Positions 1-6,800 of a stretch of DNA of 13,197 nucleotides are shown piece by piece. The stretch lies in the IMG/VR virus record IMGVR_UViG_2703718841_000007, one strand, 5' to 3'. Numbering within the stretch: the first letter of the stretch is position 1; each line of letters starts with the position of its first letter. The DNA comes from a virus. Its lineage: Duplodnaviria; Heunggongvirae; Uroviricota; Caudoviricetes. The notes beneath the pieces were generated by a model. It saw only the letters and a list, made by a program, of their open reading frames with translations. It had not been told where the DNA came from and made no database searches. The translations under genes and the position numbers were made by a program.

Positions 1-25
1 TCCTTTATATTGAGTGTATCGCCAA

Positions 26-50
26 CGCGCCTTCGGGCGCGTTTTATTTA
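26..50 (+). terminator. Intrinsic-terminator-like hairpin with T-rich tail
   Basis: Read directly: stem CGCGCC (26-31) / GGCGCG (36-41), TTCG loop (32-35), then TTTTATTTA (42-50). Would end a plus-strand transcript entering from the left. Confidence 0.5.
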
Positions 51-120
51 CCTGTAGCACATTGAAATAAAAGGATTTATCTCAACAAACGTCCACATAG
101 TGACCACATCGACAATACAA

Positions 121-143
121 ACCCCGTTTCGACGGGGTTTCTT
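121..143 (+). terminator. GC hairpin (ACCCCGT-TTCG-ACGGGGT) followed by TTCTT; possible second terminator or attenuator
   Basis: Read directly: 7-bp stem 121-127 / 132-138, TTCG tetraloop, weak T tail. It ends 5 nt before the first in-frame ATG of the next ORF, which argues against 144 as the true start. Confidence 0.35.
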
Positions 144-1331
144 ATGCGTGTCAATAAGTCCACAGAGCATTCCCGACATCCGCAAAAAATGTTAACATCC
201 ATAAAAACACCAAGCGTAATTATTATAATGAAATATATTTTTGAATACGGACTTTATCTCAGCATACTTATAGCGACAATATATGTCACTTCTAAGTTAT
301 TGGGTATTACACCTGCAAAACATAAATACGCCTCGCTTGATGGCTTACGTGGAATTTGTGCAGCAATGGTTGCTGTATTCCATCTTTACTGGAGAGCCGG
401 AGGAGAATCAGATATATACTGGTCTCTTGAGTACATTACACTCAGCAATGTAAAACGCGCCATATATCTAACAGGAGAGTTATCTGTTGGGGTCTTTTTT
501 ATGCTGTCTGCTTTTTTATTTTTCAAAAAGGCACTAGCGGACTCCTTCGATGTAAAAAGCTTTGCAATTTCACGATTCATGCGAATTTACCCACCTGTAG
601 TTGTTCTTTTATTTATAATATATATTGCAACATTTATCATGAATCCGGATAACCATACTCCAGTATCGCAATGGTTTATATCTTCATTACCATTTATATT
701 CAATCCGCCTGGCGCTAACATCAATGGTGTATCGCTCCAGATTGCCACATCTGGTGTGTTCTGGACGTTAGTCTGGGAATTACGCCTATACCTTGCAATT
801 CCATTTTTATATCTGATAATGAAAAACATCAAATATAAAGAAGCATTTGTTATTTTTTTAATGGGATGTGTTTTATTATTCAAGTATTTTATAAACAATG
901 AACAACACCTGAGTTATATAATGTATTTCCTTGCAGGATTTCTTGTCGCTACAATCAAGAGCAACAAGCGCCCATCAGATATAATCTGCGCTTTATTATT
1001 ATTCGCAGCCATATATTTTACTCGACATGCTTACAACACTACAACTCCGCTTTATATGTTTATTGTTTTCTACACAATAAAGTGCGGATGTGATTACTTT
1101 GGCTTACTTACATCCCTGCCTGTAACTATGCTGGGAACCTGCAGTTTCTCCCTTTATTTAGTTCATGGGATAACTCAAACAGTATCTAAACATTATTTAT
1201 ATAGTGCAGGAAACTATGTTTGGCAGATTTGTGCAATTATTGCGGCAGGTATCATTGCGCCGGTTATGTACAAATATGTCGAAAGTCGCAGCATCATACA
1301 TAAGCGTCCTCAACTTCAGATTGCAAAGTAG
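144..1331 (+). CDS. Integral membrane acyltransferase, acyltransferase-3 family (OafA/Oac-like O-acetyltransferase type)
   Basis: Long ORF that is highly hydrophobic throughout. Family-typical N-terminal motif YASLDGLRGICAAMVAVFHL and FFMLSAFLFF segment. Strongly AT-rich (one 60-nt line, 601-660, hand-counted at 15 G+C). True start is uncertain: ATGs at 144, 189 and 228, none with a good Shine-Dalgarno. Confidence 0.75.
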   Translation: MRVNKSTEHSRHPQKMLTSIKTPSVIIIMKYIFEYGLYLSILIATIYVTSKLLGITPAKHKYASLDGLRGICAAMVAVFHLYWRAGGESDIYWSLEYITLSNVKRAIYLTGELSVGVFFMLSAFLFFKKALADSFDVKSFAISRFMRIYPPVVVLLFIIYIATFIMNPDNHTPVSQWFISSLPFIFNPPGANINGVSLQIATSGVFWTLVWELRLYLAIPFLYLIMKNIKYKEAFVIFLMGCVLLFKYFINNEQHLSYIMYFLAGFLVATIKSNKRPSDIICALLLFAAIYFTRHAYNTTTPLYMFIVFYTIKCGCDYFGLLTSLPVTMLGTCSFSLYLVHGITQTVSKHYLYSAGNYVWQICAIIAAGIIAPVMYKYVESRSIIHKRPQLQIAK

Positions 1332-1338
1332 AACATTT

Positions 1339-1358
1339 GCGCCCCTGAACAGGGGCGC
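1339..1358 (+). terminator. Stable GC hairpin 8 nt after the acyltransferase stop, no T-tract
   Basis: Read directly: GCGCCCCT (1339-1346) / AGGGGCGC (1351-1358), loop GAAC. There is no U-run on either strand, so it may be an RNA-stabilising hairpin rather than a terminator. Confidence 0.3.
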
Positions 1359-1425
1359 TATCCCACCACGCTGTTAAAATTTTGTTTCGTCTTACTTAGC
1401 ATTTTTAAGTTGCCCATCGGAAAAA

Positions 1426-1695
1426 CGTCACAACCATCACGCCCCACAAAAAAAACCATTAACCATCTGATTATCATGAATAAATGTTGTGATGGTAAAA
1501 CCATCACAAAACGTAACGTAAACCGTCACACCCTATAAATTCAGCGAGTTATAAAACAGAGTTGTGATGTTTTAAGGCCGTCACACTGTGATGCTCTTGT
1601 GATGCTCTTGTGATGGTTTTCAATATATGAATTTACTTATACATATCATATAGATAAATGATATTTTTTAAATCTGTGATGTTTGTGACGGTTTT
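1426..1695. repeat. Iteron-like array: at least 12 copies of TGTGATG(G)/TGTGACG(G) in both orientations, with a near-perfect 25-bp palindrome and an AT-rich tract
   Basis: Read directly. CGTCACA 1426-1432 and ACCATCAC 1433-1440; palindrome GTTGTGATGG-TAAAA-CCATCACAA 1486-1510; CGTCACA 1524-1530; GTTGTGATG 1561-1569; tandem TGTGATGCTCT x2 (1587-1608) then TGTGATGGTTTT (1609-1620); TGTGATG 1675-1681 and TGTGACGG 1684-1691. AT-rich tract 1621-1672. No ORF of 60 aa or more. Confidence 0.6.
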
Positions 1696-1943
1696 CCGAT
1701 GCTCCCCCTAAATTTTTGAAAAAATTAGAAGTGGTCAGAAATCACCCTGATTTGTTGGTGGTTTTGTATATATCTCTGTTAGTGATTTGAGCATTGGTGC
1801 AGTACGTTAATGTAGGTACTGCCCCAGCCCGGTGTCCCGCTGTGCCGGGATGAACGCGATCTCGTCCATCTGGCTGTCAAATCCCTGCATTGCCCGTCTG
1901 GGCATGTTCGCAATGAGAAAATCGGTTAATGCCGTTAACTGGC

Positions 1944-2396
1944 TCATATCATGGCCACCGTAATGCGTTTCAGCCCTTTGATGCGGCGTACTGCCAGTGT
2001 GGACTCTGCAATCAGGCTGGAGCGGGTTTCGTCACTTTCCTGCCCCGGATGGCTCTCACGGCGACCAACAGACGCAAATTCGCCCATCAAATCAGCTTTG
2101 GCACGTGCATATACCGCTTTGCGATAACGGGCGCACAACAGATTTTCGCCGTCAATTTCCACGCCCGAAACGTCCGCCGCGCGCTCATGGCCAGCATTGC
2201 GATACCTTGCCGCCACACTGACCAGATCATCATTGATTTCGCCGGCTGCAGTCAGCAGTGCCTGGCGGATGGTGGCCGCATCAATATCGGCCGGAATGGT
2301 GCGCTGGGACTGAAAATCTTTCACGCTCAGGTCAGGCCAGAAGCCATCATTCGTCAGAGTGGCATCGTCAAAATCAATTGAAGTTCCGCTGAACAT
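1944..2396 (-). CDS. P2 gpL-like head completion/stabilisation protein
   Basis: ORF resembles the gpL family (FWPDLS region, central acidic region, Y-rich C-terminal part) and lies downstream of the M-like gene as in P2. The track ORF starts at GTG 2435; the ATG at 2396 has a GGAG Shine-Dalgarno 7 nt upstream and is preferred. Confidence 0.6.
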   Translation of the reverse strand: MFSGTSIDFDDATLTNDGFWPDLSVKDFQSQRTIPADIDAATIRQALLTAAGEINDDLVSVAARYRNAGHERAADVSGVEIDGENLLCARYRKAVYARAKADLMGEFASVGRRESHPGQESDETRSSLIAESTLAVRRIKGLKRITVAMI

Positions 2397-2489
2397 CCTG
2401 TTTCTCCGGAAAAAAGCGGGCTGGCCGGTTTCCACGGGCGATACGCTTATGCGATCCCCTCCACCGCGCCCGCTTTCGGGTCGGTAGTC

Positions 2490-2681
2490 TTACTCGCCGC
2501 GTTTTGCGGCCTGAATCTCACCTTCTTCAAACCACGCATCAGATGCGCGGCCGTCAGCAGTCTGATAGTGGATCAGATACTGATTGCAGCTGTTGGTGTA
2601 CTCCGCACGGGCTTTGATATGCCCCTCTTCGCCGCTAATGGAAACTTCAACAACCTGGCCTAACTCATGCTTAAACGACAT
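2490..2681 (-). CDS. Hypothetical small protein (63 aa) between the M-like and L-like genes
   Basis: ATG start at 2681 with a GGGAG Shine-Dalgarno 6-7 nt upstream; the start lies 1 nt after the M-like stop (tight coupling). No family recognised. Confidence 0.5.
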   Translation of the reverse strand: MSFKHELGQVVEVSISGEEGHIKARAEYTNSCNQYLIHYQTADGRASDAWFEEGEIQAAKRGE

Positions 2682-2682
2682 A

Positions 2683-3396
2683 TCAAACTCCCGTAGACTC
2701 TTTTTTCAGCGCCCGCAGACGCGCAGCAATACGCTGCAACATCGTGCCAACACCACATTTAGGGTCGAATCCCTTCGCCTGCTCCAGCAGTTCCTTAGCC
2801 CGGAGCAATACTTCCCTGTCTTCCGTTGCCGCTGCGCGTGGCTCTCCGTTTTCATCGCGTAGCAGGTGCAGACCGGCAAACTTCAGGTATTTGGCCTTAA
2901 TGACCTCATACACATTCCAGTGCTGCGTCACGTTTTCCAGCGTACGGCCAAAATACGGCTCCACATCATGCCCCTGTACGGCTTCCGCTTCCGCCCAGGA
3001 CAACACCGTATCCGCCACAAACACCGGGAACGTACTGCCGAACGCGGCCGGGGTTTCCTGCCCCCGCTGGATTGCCATATCCGCCCAGTCCAGCGCCTGG
3101 TCAAACTGGCCTGTATCAAACAGCCAGACGACACACCAGGCAAAAACAGGATTCTGTTGCACACTGTCACCTTCCAGCCAGGATTGCGCGGTTGGCATCC
3201 AGCGCGGTAACAGCACATCACGCTTAAATTCCATTCGCTCAGCGCGGCTTTCAATCGCTGCAGCTGCGGCGACATCTTTCTCCAGCGCGACAATCTGAAT
3301 ATGCAGGCTGGTTTCCGTGTCCAGAGACTGCTGCTGTCGCAGTAACCGCTCCGCTTCAATTCGTGCGCTGTGGCGCTGTGCCGGTGACAGTTGCAT
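2683..3396 (-). CDS. P2 gpM-like terminase small (endonuclease/DNA-recognition) subunit
   Basis: N-terminus MQLSPAQRH..., LLPRWMP and WLFDTGQFDQALDWADMAIQRG segments match my recollection of the gpM family. ATG at 3396 with a strong AGGGGGA Shine-Dalgarno; starts 10 nt after the O-like stop. Confidence 0.7.
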   Translation of the reverse strand: MQLSPAQRHSARIEAERLLRQQQSLDTETSLHIQIVALEKDVAAAAAIESRAERMEFKRDVLLPRWMPTAQSWLEGDSVQQNPVFAWCVVWLFDTGQFDQALDWADMAIQRGQETPAAFGSTFPVFVADTVLSWAEAEAVQGHDVEPYFGRTLENVTQHWNVYEVIKAKYLKFAGLHLLRDENGEPRAAATEDREVLLRAKELLEQAKGFDPKCGVGTMLQRIAARLRALKKESTGV

Positions 3397-3406
3397 TAAA
3401 TCCCCC

Positions 3407-4108
3407 TTACTCGCCTGCCGGAGGCGCGACAGGTGCCCCGATAGCTACCGCTTCTTCCGCCTCACCCAGACGGGTTTCAATAGCAGATACGCGCTTATCA
3501 ATGGCATCCAGCGCTTCAGCCAGCGCCTGTAAGGCATCAGACTGTGAAGGTTCCTGCTCCGGGGTCTGCTCCGGTTCTTCGATACTGAAAAAATGGCGCC
3601 AGCCCTTTTTCGCTGTCTTTGACATTCCCTTTTCCTTTTTAAATTCCCTGACTTCATCAAACGCCAGCGGCTTGTATGGTCCGATGCGTTTTCCCCTGGT
3701 GCGGCTGAAACGTAACCGTGTGGTGCTTACCCCGGCCGGACTGTCAGTAATGGCCAGTCCCTCAAGATAGGTTTTCCCGGTATTTCTGAAATTGCCGTCC
3801 GGTGTAAACTCCGGTGATAAAAATAAAAGCTGACCGTCTGCATTTGCCTGTAGCAATGAAATCGCCGGACAGAGGCGGGCATATAAACGAAGAATACCTT
3901 CATCATCCCGCTCGGCTTTTACTTCCAGCACCTCCCCCATATTCCCGAAATTACGGGAATGTTCCGGCCATAACAGCGCGGTATACAAAGAGGGGTCATA
4001 TAATTCAGCGGCATCAAGCAACCATTGTTCTTCAATAAATCGCTTATCAACCGTTTCACCCGCAGTGGCGATACAAATCCAGTTTGTTGCCAGTTGTGAA
4101 CCTGACAT
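3407..4108 (-). CDS. P2 gpO-like capsid scaffolding protein/protease
   Basis: GKTYLEGLAITDSPAGVSTTRL and a C-terminal coiled-coil-like region (EALDAIDKRVSAIETRLGEAEE) resemble the gpO family. The track ORF starts at GTG 4168, but the ATG at 4108 has a perfect GGAGG 5 nt upstream and is preferred. Shorter than my recollection of P2 gpO (about 284 aa). Confidence 0.7.
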   Translation of the reverse strand: MSGSQLATNWICIATAGETVDKRFIEEQWLLDAAELYDPSLYTALLWPEHSRNFGNMGEVLEVKAERDDEGILRLYARLCPAISLLQANADGQLLFLSPEFTPDGNFRNTGKTYLEGLAITDSPAGVSTTRLRFSRTRGKRIGPYKPLAFDEVREFKKEKGMSKTAKKGWRHFFSIEEPEQTPEQEPSQSDALQALAEALDAIDKRVSAIETRLGEAEEAVAIGAPVAPPAGE

Positions 4109-4251
4109 ATTGCCTCCGTTCATGCTGCGGTTTTCAGTATCGCCAATAAAATTAACCGCCGCATTCACTTCATTTCGGATATAGGCTATTAGCCGAACAC
4201 ATCAGAAATAAAGCGGGATTTAATATACAAACGCCCGTGCATAATGTGTGC

Positions 4252-5496
4252 ATGGCTAAATATTCAGAAGAATTAAAAGGCGTTGCGCGGGCGCTTTATT
4301 TAAAACGCTATACCCCGCAGGAAATTGCCAGCGAACTTAATCTGCCTAACAGACGCATTGTCTATTACTGGGCGGAGAAATATTGCTGGGCGGAATTACT
4401 CAGTCATGAATCCACCGAAGATGCATTAAACCGTCGCATTCAGTCACTGACATTACGTGAAGGGAAATCGGAGCTGGAGCTGCGGGAGCTGGACAGTCTC
4501 GTTTCTCACCTGGTGAAACTACGTGCACAGCACAATAAGCATCAGGAAAAGCTGGCAGAAATTAAACACAGTGAAAATGATGCGCCGGCGCGTCAGTCCG
4601 GTGGCGACGAAAAGCCCCGGAAACGTGGCAAGTACAAAAAGAACGACATCAGCGGACTGACACAGGAAGATTTTGACCGGTTCGCGCTGGAGCACCTTTT
4701 CGGTTACCAGAAACACCTTCGCGCTAATCTTCATCAGCAAATCAGGAACATCCTGAAAAGCCGCCAGATTGGTGCAACCTGGTATTTCTCAATAGAAGCC
4801 TTTGAGAATGCGGTCATGACAGGCGATCCGCAAATCTTCCTGTCCGCATCAAAGGCTCAGGCGGAAGTATTCCGCAGCTATATCGTCAACATTGCGGAGC
4901 AGTATTTCGGCGTGGAGCTGACGGGAAACCCCATCCGCCTCTCCAACGGCGCGGAGATGCGATTCCTGTCCACCAACAAGAACACCGCCCAGTCATACAG
5001 CGGCCATCTGTACTGCGATGAATATTTCTGGGTACCCAACTTTGCAAAATTAAACGAAGTGGCCAGCGCGATGGCCACACACGACAAATGGCGAACCACC
5101 TACTTTTCCACCCCCAGCAGCAAAACGCACCAGGCGTACCCGTTCTGGACTGGTGAAGAATGGAAGCGCGGTGACAAAAAACGCGCGCGCGTACAATTTC
5201 CCACGGAGAAGGAGCTGCGCGACGGTGGACGGTTATGTCCTGATGGGCAGTGGCGCTACATCATCACAATGGAAGACGCGATCGCAGGCGGGTTTAATCT
5301 CGCCAGCATCGGGAAGCTGCGCAACCGCTACAACCGCGACACTTTCAACATGCTGTATATGTGCGTGTTCGTGGACAGCAAGGACAGCGTATTTTCGTTC
5401 TCTCACGTAGAACGCTGCTGTGTAGATCCGGATATGACAATGAAGCGGAACACTGGACGCTCCCGATTGACCGGCTGGCGCTGGCGCAACTGGTGA
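4252..5496 (+). CDS. P2 gpP-like terminase large (ATPase) subunit, C-terminally truncated; probable pseudogene
   Basis: N-terminal HTH-like region, then KSRQIGATWYF (Walker A-like), FLSAS, DEYFWVP (Walker B-like) and YFSTPSS...PFWTGE typical of the gpP family. Family resemblance stops near 5427 (...HVERCCVD) and the ORF ends after a 23-aa unrelated tail. It has about 415 aa against about 590 in P2 gpP (recalled), so the C-terminal nuclease domain is absent. The GTG at 4237 is an alternative start. Confidence 0.65.
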   Translation: MAKYSEELKGVARALYLKRYTPQEIASELNLPNRRIVYYWAEKYCWAELLSHESTEDALNRRIQSLTLREGKSELELRELDSLVSHLVKLRAQHNKHQEKLAEIKHSENDAPARQSGGDEKPRKRGKYKKNDISGLTQEDFDRFALEHLFGYQKHLRANLHQQIRNILKSRQIGATWYFSIEAFENAVMTGDPQIFLSASKAQAEVFRSYIVNIAEQYFGVELTGNPIRLSNGAEMRFLSTNKNTAQSYSGHLYCDEYFWVPNFAKLNEVASAMATHDKWRTTYFSTPSSKTHQAYPFWTGEEWKRGDKKRARVQFPTEKELRDGGRLCPDGQWRYIITMEDAIAGGFNLASIGKLRNRYNRDTFNMLYMCVFVDSKDSVFSFSHVERCCVDPDMTMKRNTGRSRLTGWRWRNW

Positions 5497-6332
5497 ACCT
5501 GAACGCGCAGCACGGCGGTGTGCTGTATGCCCGTCGCAATATGGTGACGGCAAACTATAAAGACGGCGGACTGACGCATGAACAGCTTGGTGCAGCCGTG
5601 TTCGACTGGCTGACCTTCGGTGATGTGGCCATTCTGAAAGTGCGTAACGGCTGGGGGGATGTGGTGGCACTGTACCCGCTGCCGGCACTCTATACCCGCC
5701 AGCGTAAGACCGGGGAGTTTGTGGTACTGCAGCAGGGTGAACCGATGATTTATCCGCCTGAAGATATTATTTTTCTCAGGCAGTACGATCCGCAACAGGC
5801 GATTTATGGTCTGCCGGATTATATCAGCGGTATCCATTCTGCCCTGCTTAACGGTGAGGCAACAATTTTTCGTCGGCGTTACTACCATAACGGCGGACAC
5901 ACAGGTGGCATGATCTACTGTAACGACCCAAATATGACTGATGAAGTGGAAGAAGAAATTATTCAGAAGCTGGAGCAGTCAAAGGGGATCGGGAACTTCA
6001 GCACCATGTTTGTGAACATCCCCAAAGGCGATCCGGACGGCATCAAATTTATCCCGATTGGGGATATCAGCGCCAAAGATGAGTTTCAGAACATCAAGAG
6101 CATCAGCGCCCAGGACGTACTGACCGCGCATCGATTCCCGGCAGGACTGGCGGGGATTATCCCGACGAACGGCGCAGTAATGGGAGATGTTGAGAAAGCG
6201 TCCAAAACCTACCGCAAAGCAGAAATTTTGCCCATTCAGCGCATGTTTACCGCCGCAGTGGAACAGGAAAGTGATGTACCGCCCCACCTGTACCTTAATT
6301 TCCTGAAAGACAGTGAGCTGGAAGGTGATTAA
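5361..6332 (+). CDS. P2 gpQ-like portal protein, N-terminally truncated and out of frame with the upstream P-like ORF; probable pseudogene
   Basis: IYGLPDYISGIHSALLNGEATIFRRRYYHNGGHTGG and the downstream KGIGNF...DGIKFIPIGDISAKDEFQNIKSISAQDVLTAHRFPAGL resemble the gpQ portal family. Resemblance begins about 25-35 residues into this frame-3 ORF, which overlaps the end of the frame-1 P-like ORF. The listed start is a GTG chosen by the ORF caller, not a credible initiation site. Confidence 0.6.
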   Translation: MRVRGQQGQRIFVLSRRTLLCRSGYDNEAEHWTLPIDRLALAQLVNLNAQHGGVLYARRNMVTANYKDGGLTHEQLGAAVFDWLTFGDVAILKVRNGWGDVVALYPLPALYTRQRKTGEFVVLQQGEPMIYPPEDIIFLRQYDPQQAIYGLPDYISGIHSALLNGEATIFRRRYYHNGGHTGGMIYCNDPNMTDEVEEEIIQKLEQSKGIGNFSTMFVNIPKGDPDGIKFIPIGDISAKDEFQNIKSISAQDVLTAHRFPAGLAGIIPTNGAVMGDVEKASKTYRKAEILPIQRMFTAAVEQESDVPPHLYLNFLKDSELEGD

Positions 6333-6385
6333 TGTTCGCAAAAAGGCTAAAATATCATCGTTTTCCAACTTCCGGAGCGATGGAT

Positions 6386-6661
6386 ATGCGGGTAATGAAG
6401 GTTTACTGTCCGGTATGTGAGGCAAGGGCTGTTATCAAAAAAACAGCCCGAAAACACAAGGAACTGTCGGATTTATATTGCGCGTGTACCGATGTTGAAT
6501 GTGGTCACACTTTTGTGATGAATATGACATTCTCACATACCATCAGCCCCAGCGCCAAATCCAGCGATGCGTTGATCGCCACTATCTGTAACAGCCTTGA
6601 TATCCAGCAAAAGCAGCTGATGTTAAAGTTTCTGAGTCAGGACGGCACTGCTGCCGCATAG
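6386..6661 (+). CDS. ogr: Ogr/Delta-family zinc-finger late-gene transcriptional activator
   Basis: Exact C-x2-C-x22-C-x4-C spacing (CPVC...CACTDVEC) as in P2 Ogr. The ATG at 6386 has GGAG 8 nt upstream. The frame is open from the ATG at 6332, which overlaps the portal stop as TAATG; another ATG at 6395 would give an MKVYCPVC N-terminus, closest to Ogr. Confidence 0.8.
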   Translation: MRVMKVYCPVCEARAVIKKTARKHKELSDLYCACTDVECGHTFVMNMTFSHTISPSAKSSDALIATICNSLDIQQKQLMLKFLSQDGTAAA

Positions 6662-6692
6662 AAAAAAGCACCGCTACCGGTGCTTTTATTTT
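6662..6692. terminator. Bidirectional intrinsic terminator
   Basis: A-run 6662-6667, stem GCACCG (6668-6673) / CGGTGC (6678-6683), loop CTAC, T-run TTTTATTTT 6684-6692. Confidence 0.75.
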
Positions 6693-6742
6693 CTGAGATG
6701 TAACAGATTCCCATCTATCAACGTCGATGAATGACCAAGTGA

Positions 6743-6800
6743 TTAATAGTCCCCCCCTCCTAAACATGATATTATCTTTCCAAATTTTGGGAGGCATCTT
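6743..6800 (+). promoter_or_regulatory. Putative promoter and RBS of the glycosyltransferase-like cargo gene (extended -10 TGaTATTAT; C7 tract upstream; GGGAGG Shine-Dalgarno)
   Basis: Read directly: TGATATTAT at 6767-6775 (extended -10-like), C7 homopolymer 6751-6757 where a -35 would lie, GGGAGG 6789-6794 six nt before the ATG at 6801. No confident -35. Confidence 0.35.

Noticed and set aside
386-898. Minus-strand ORFs 386-580 and 587-898 inside the acyltransferase gene
   Set aside because: They are antisense to a long ORF with clear family motifs and membrane character; AT-rich antisense frames often stay open by chance.
1587-1620. Tandem 11-bp repeats TGTGATGCTCT considered as a possible CRISPR or minisatellite
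   Set aside because: There are only two and a half copies with no spacers and no cas genes; they are better explained as part of the iteron array.
1929-2381. 150-aa plus-strand ORF overlapping the L-like gene (and the nested 1997-2221 ORF)
   Set aside because: It lies antisense inside a minus-strand ORF that has recognisable phage-family features and a good RBS. It is a typical GC-rich shadow ORF with no motif or start signal.
2744-3359. Plus-strand ORFs 2744-3298 and 2866-3210 and minus-strand ORF 2928-3359 overlapping the M-like gene
   Set aside because: They sit in alternative frames within a confidently assigned gene. Their compositionally biased translations (Ser/Arg/Cys-rich) are typical of out-of-frame reading of GC-rich coding DNA.
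4109-4251. Looked for a canonical Ogr/Delta late-promoter element (TGT-N12-ACA) in the divergent region between the O-like and P-like genes
   Set aside because: I found no TGT-N12-ACA match by eye in this interval; only an imperfect dyad TTCGG-N14-CCGAA around 4173-4196. I am not calling an activator site without a motif scan.
4878-5900. Minus-strand ORFs (5233-5688, 5403-5900 and others) across the terminase/portal region
   Set aside because: Antisense shadow ORFs in GC-rich coding sequence; the plus-strand frames carry the recognisable terminase and portal motifs.
6582-6797. 71-aa minus-strand ORF spanning the end of ogr, the terminator and the cargo-gene promoter region
   Set aside because: It crosses a strong bidirectional terminator hairpin and a promoter region, and has no RBS or family signal.
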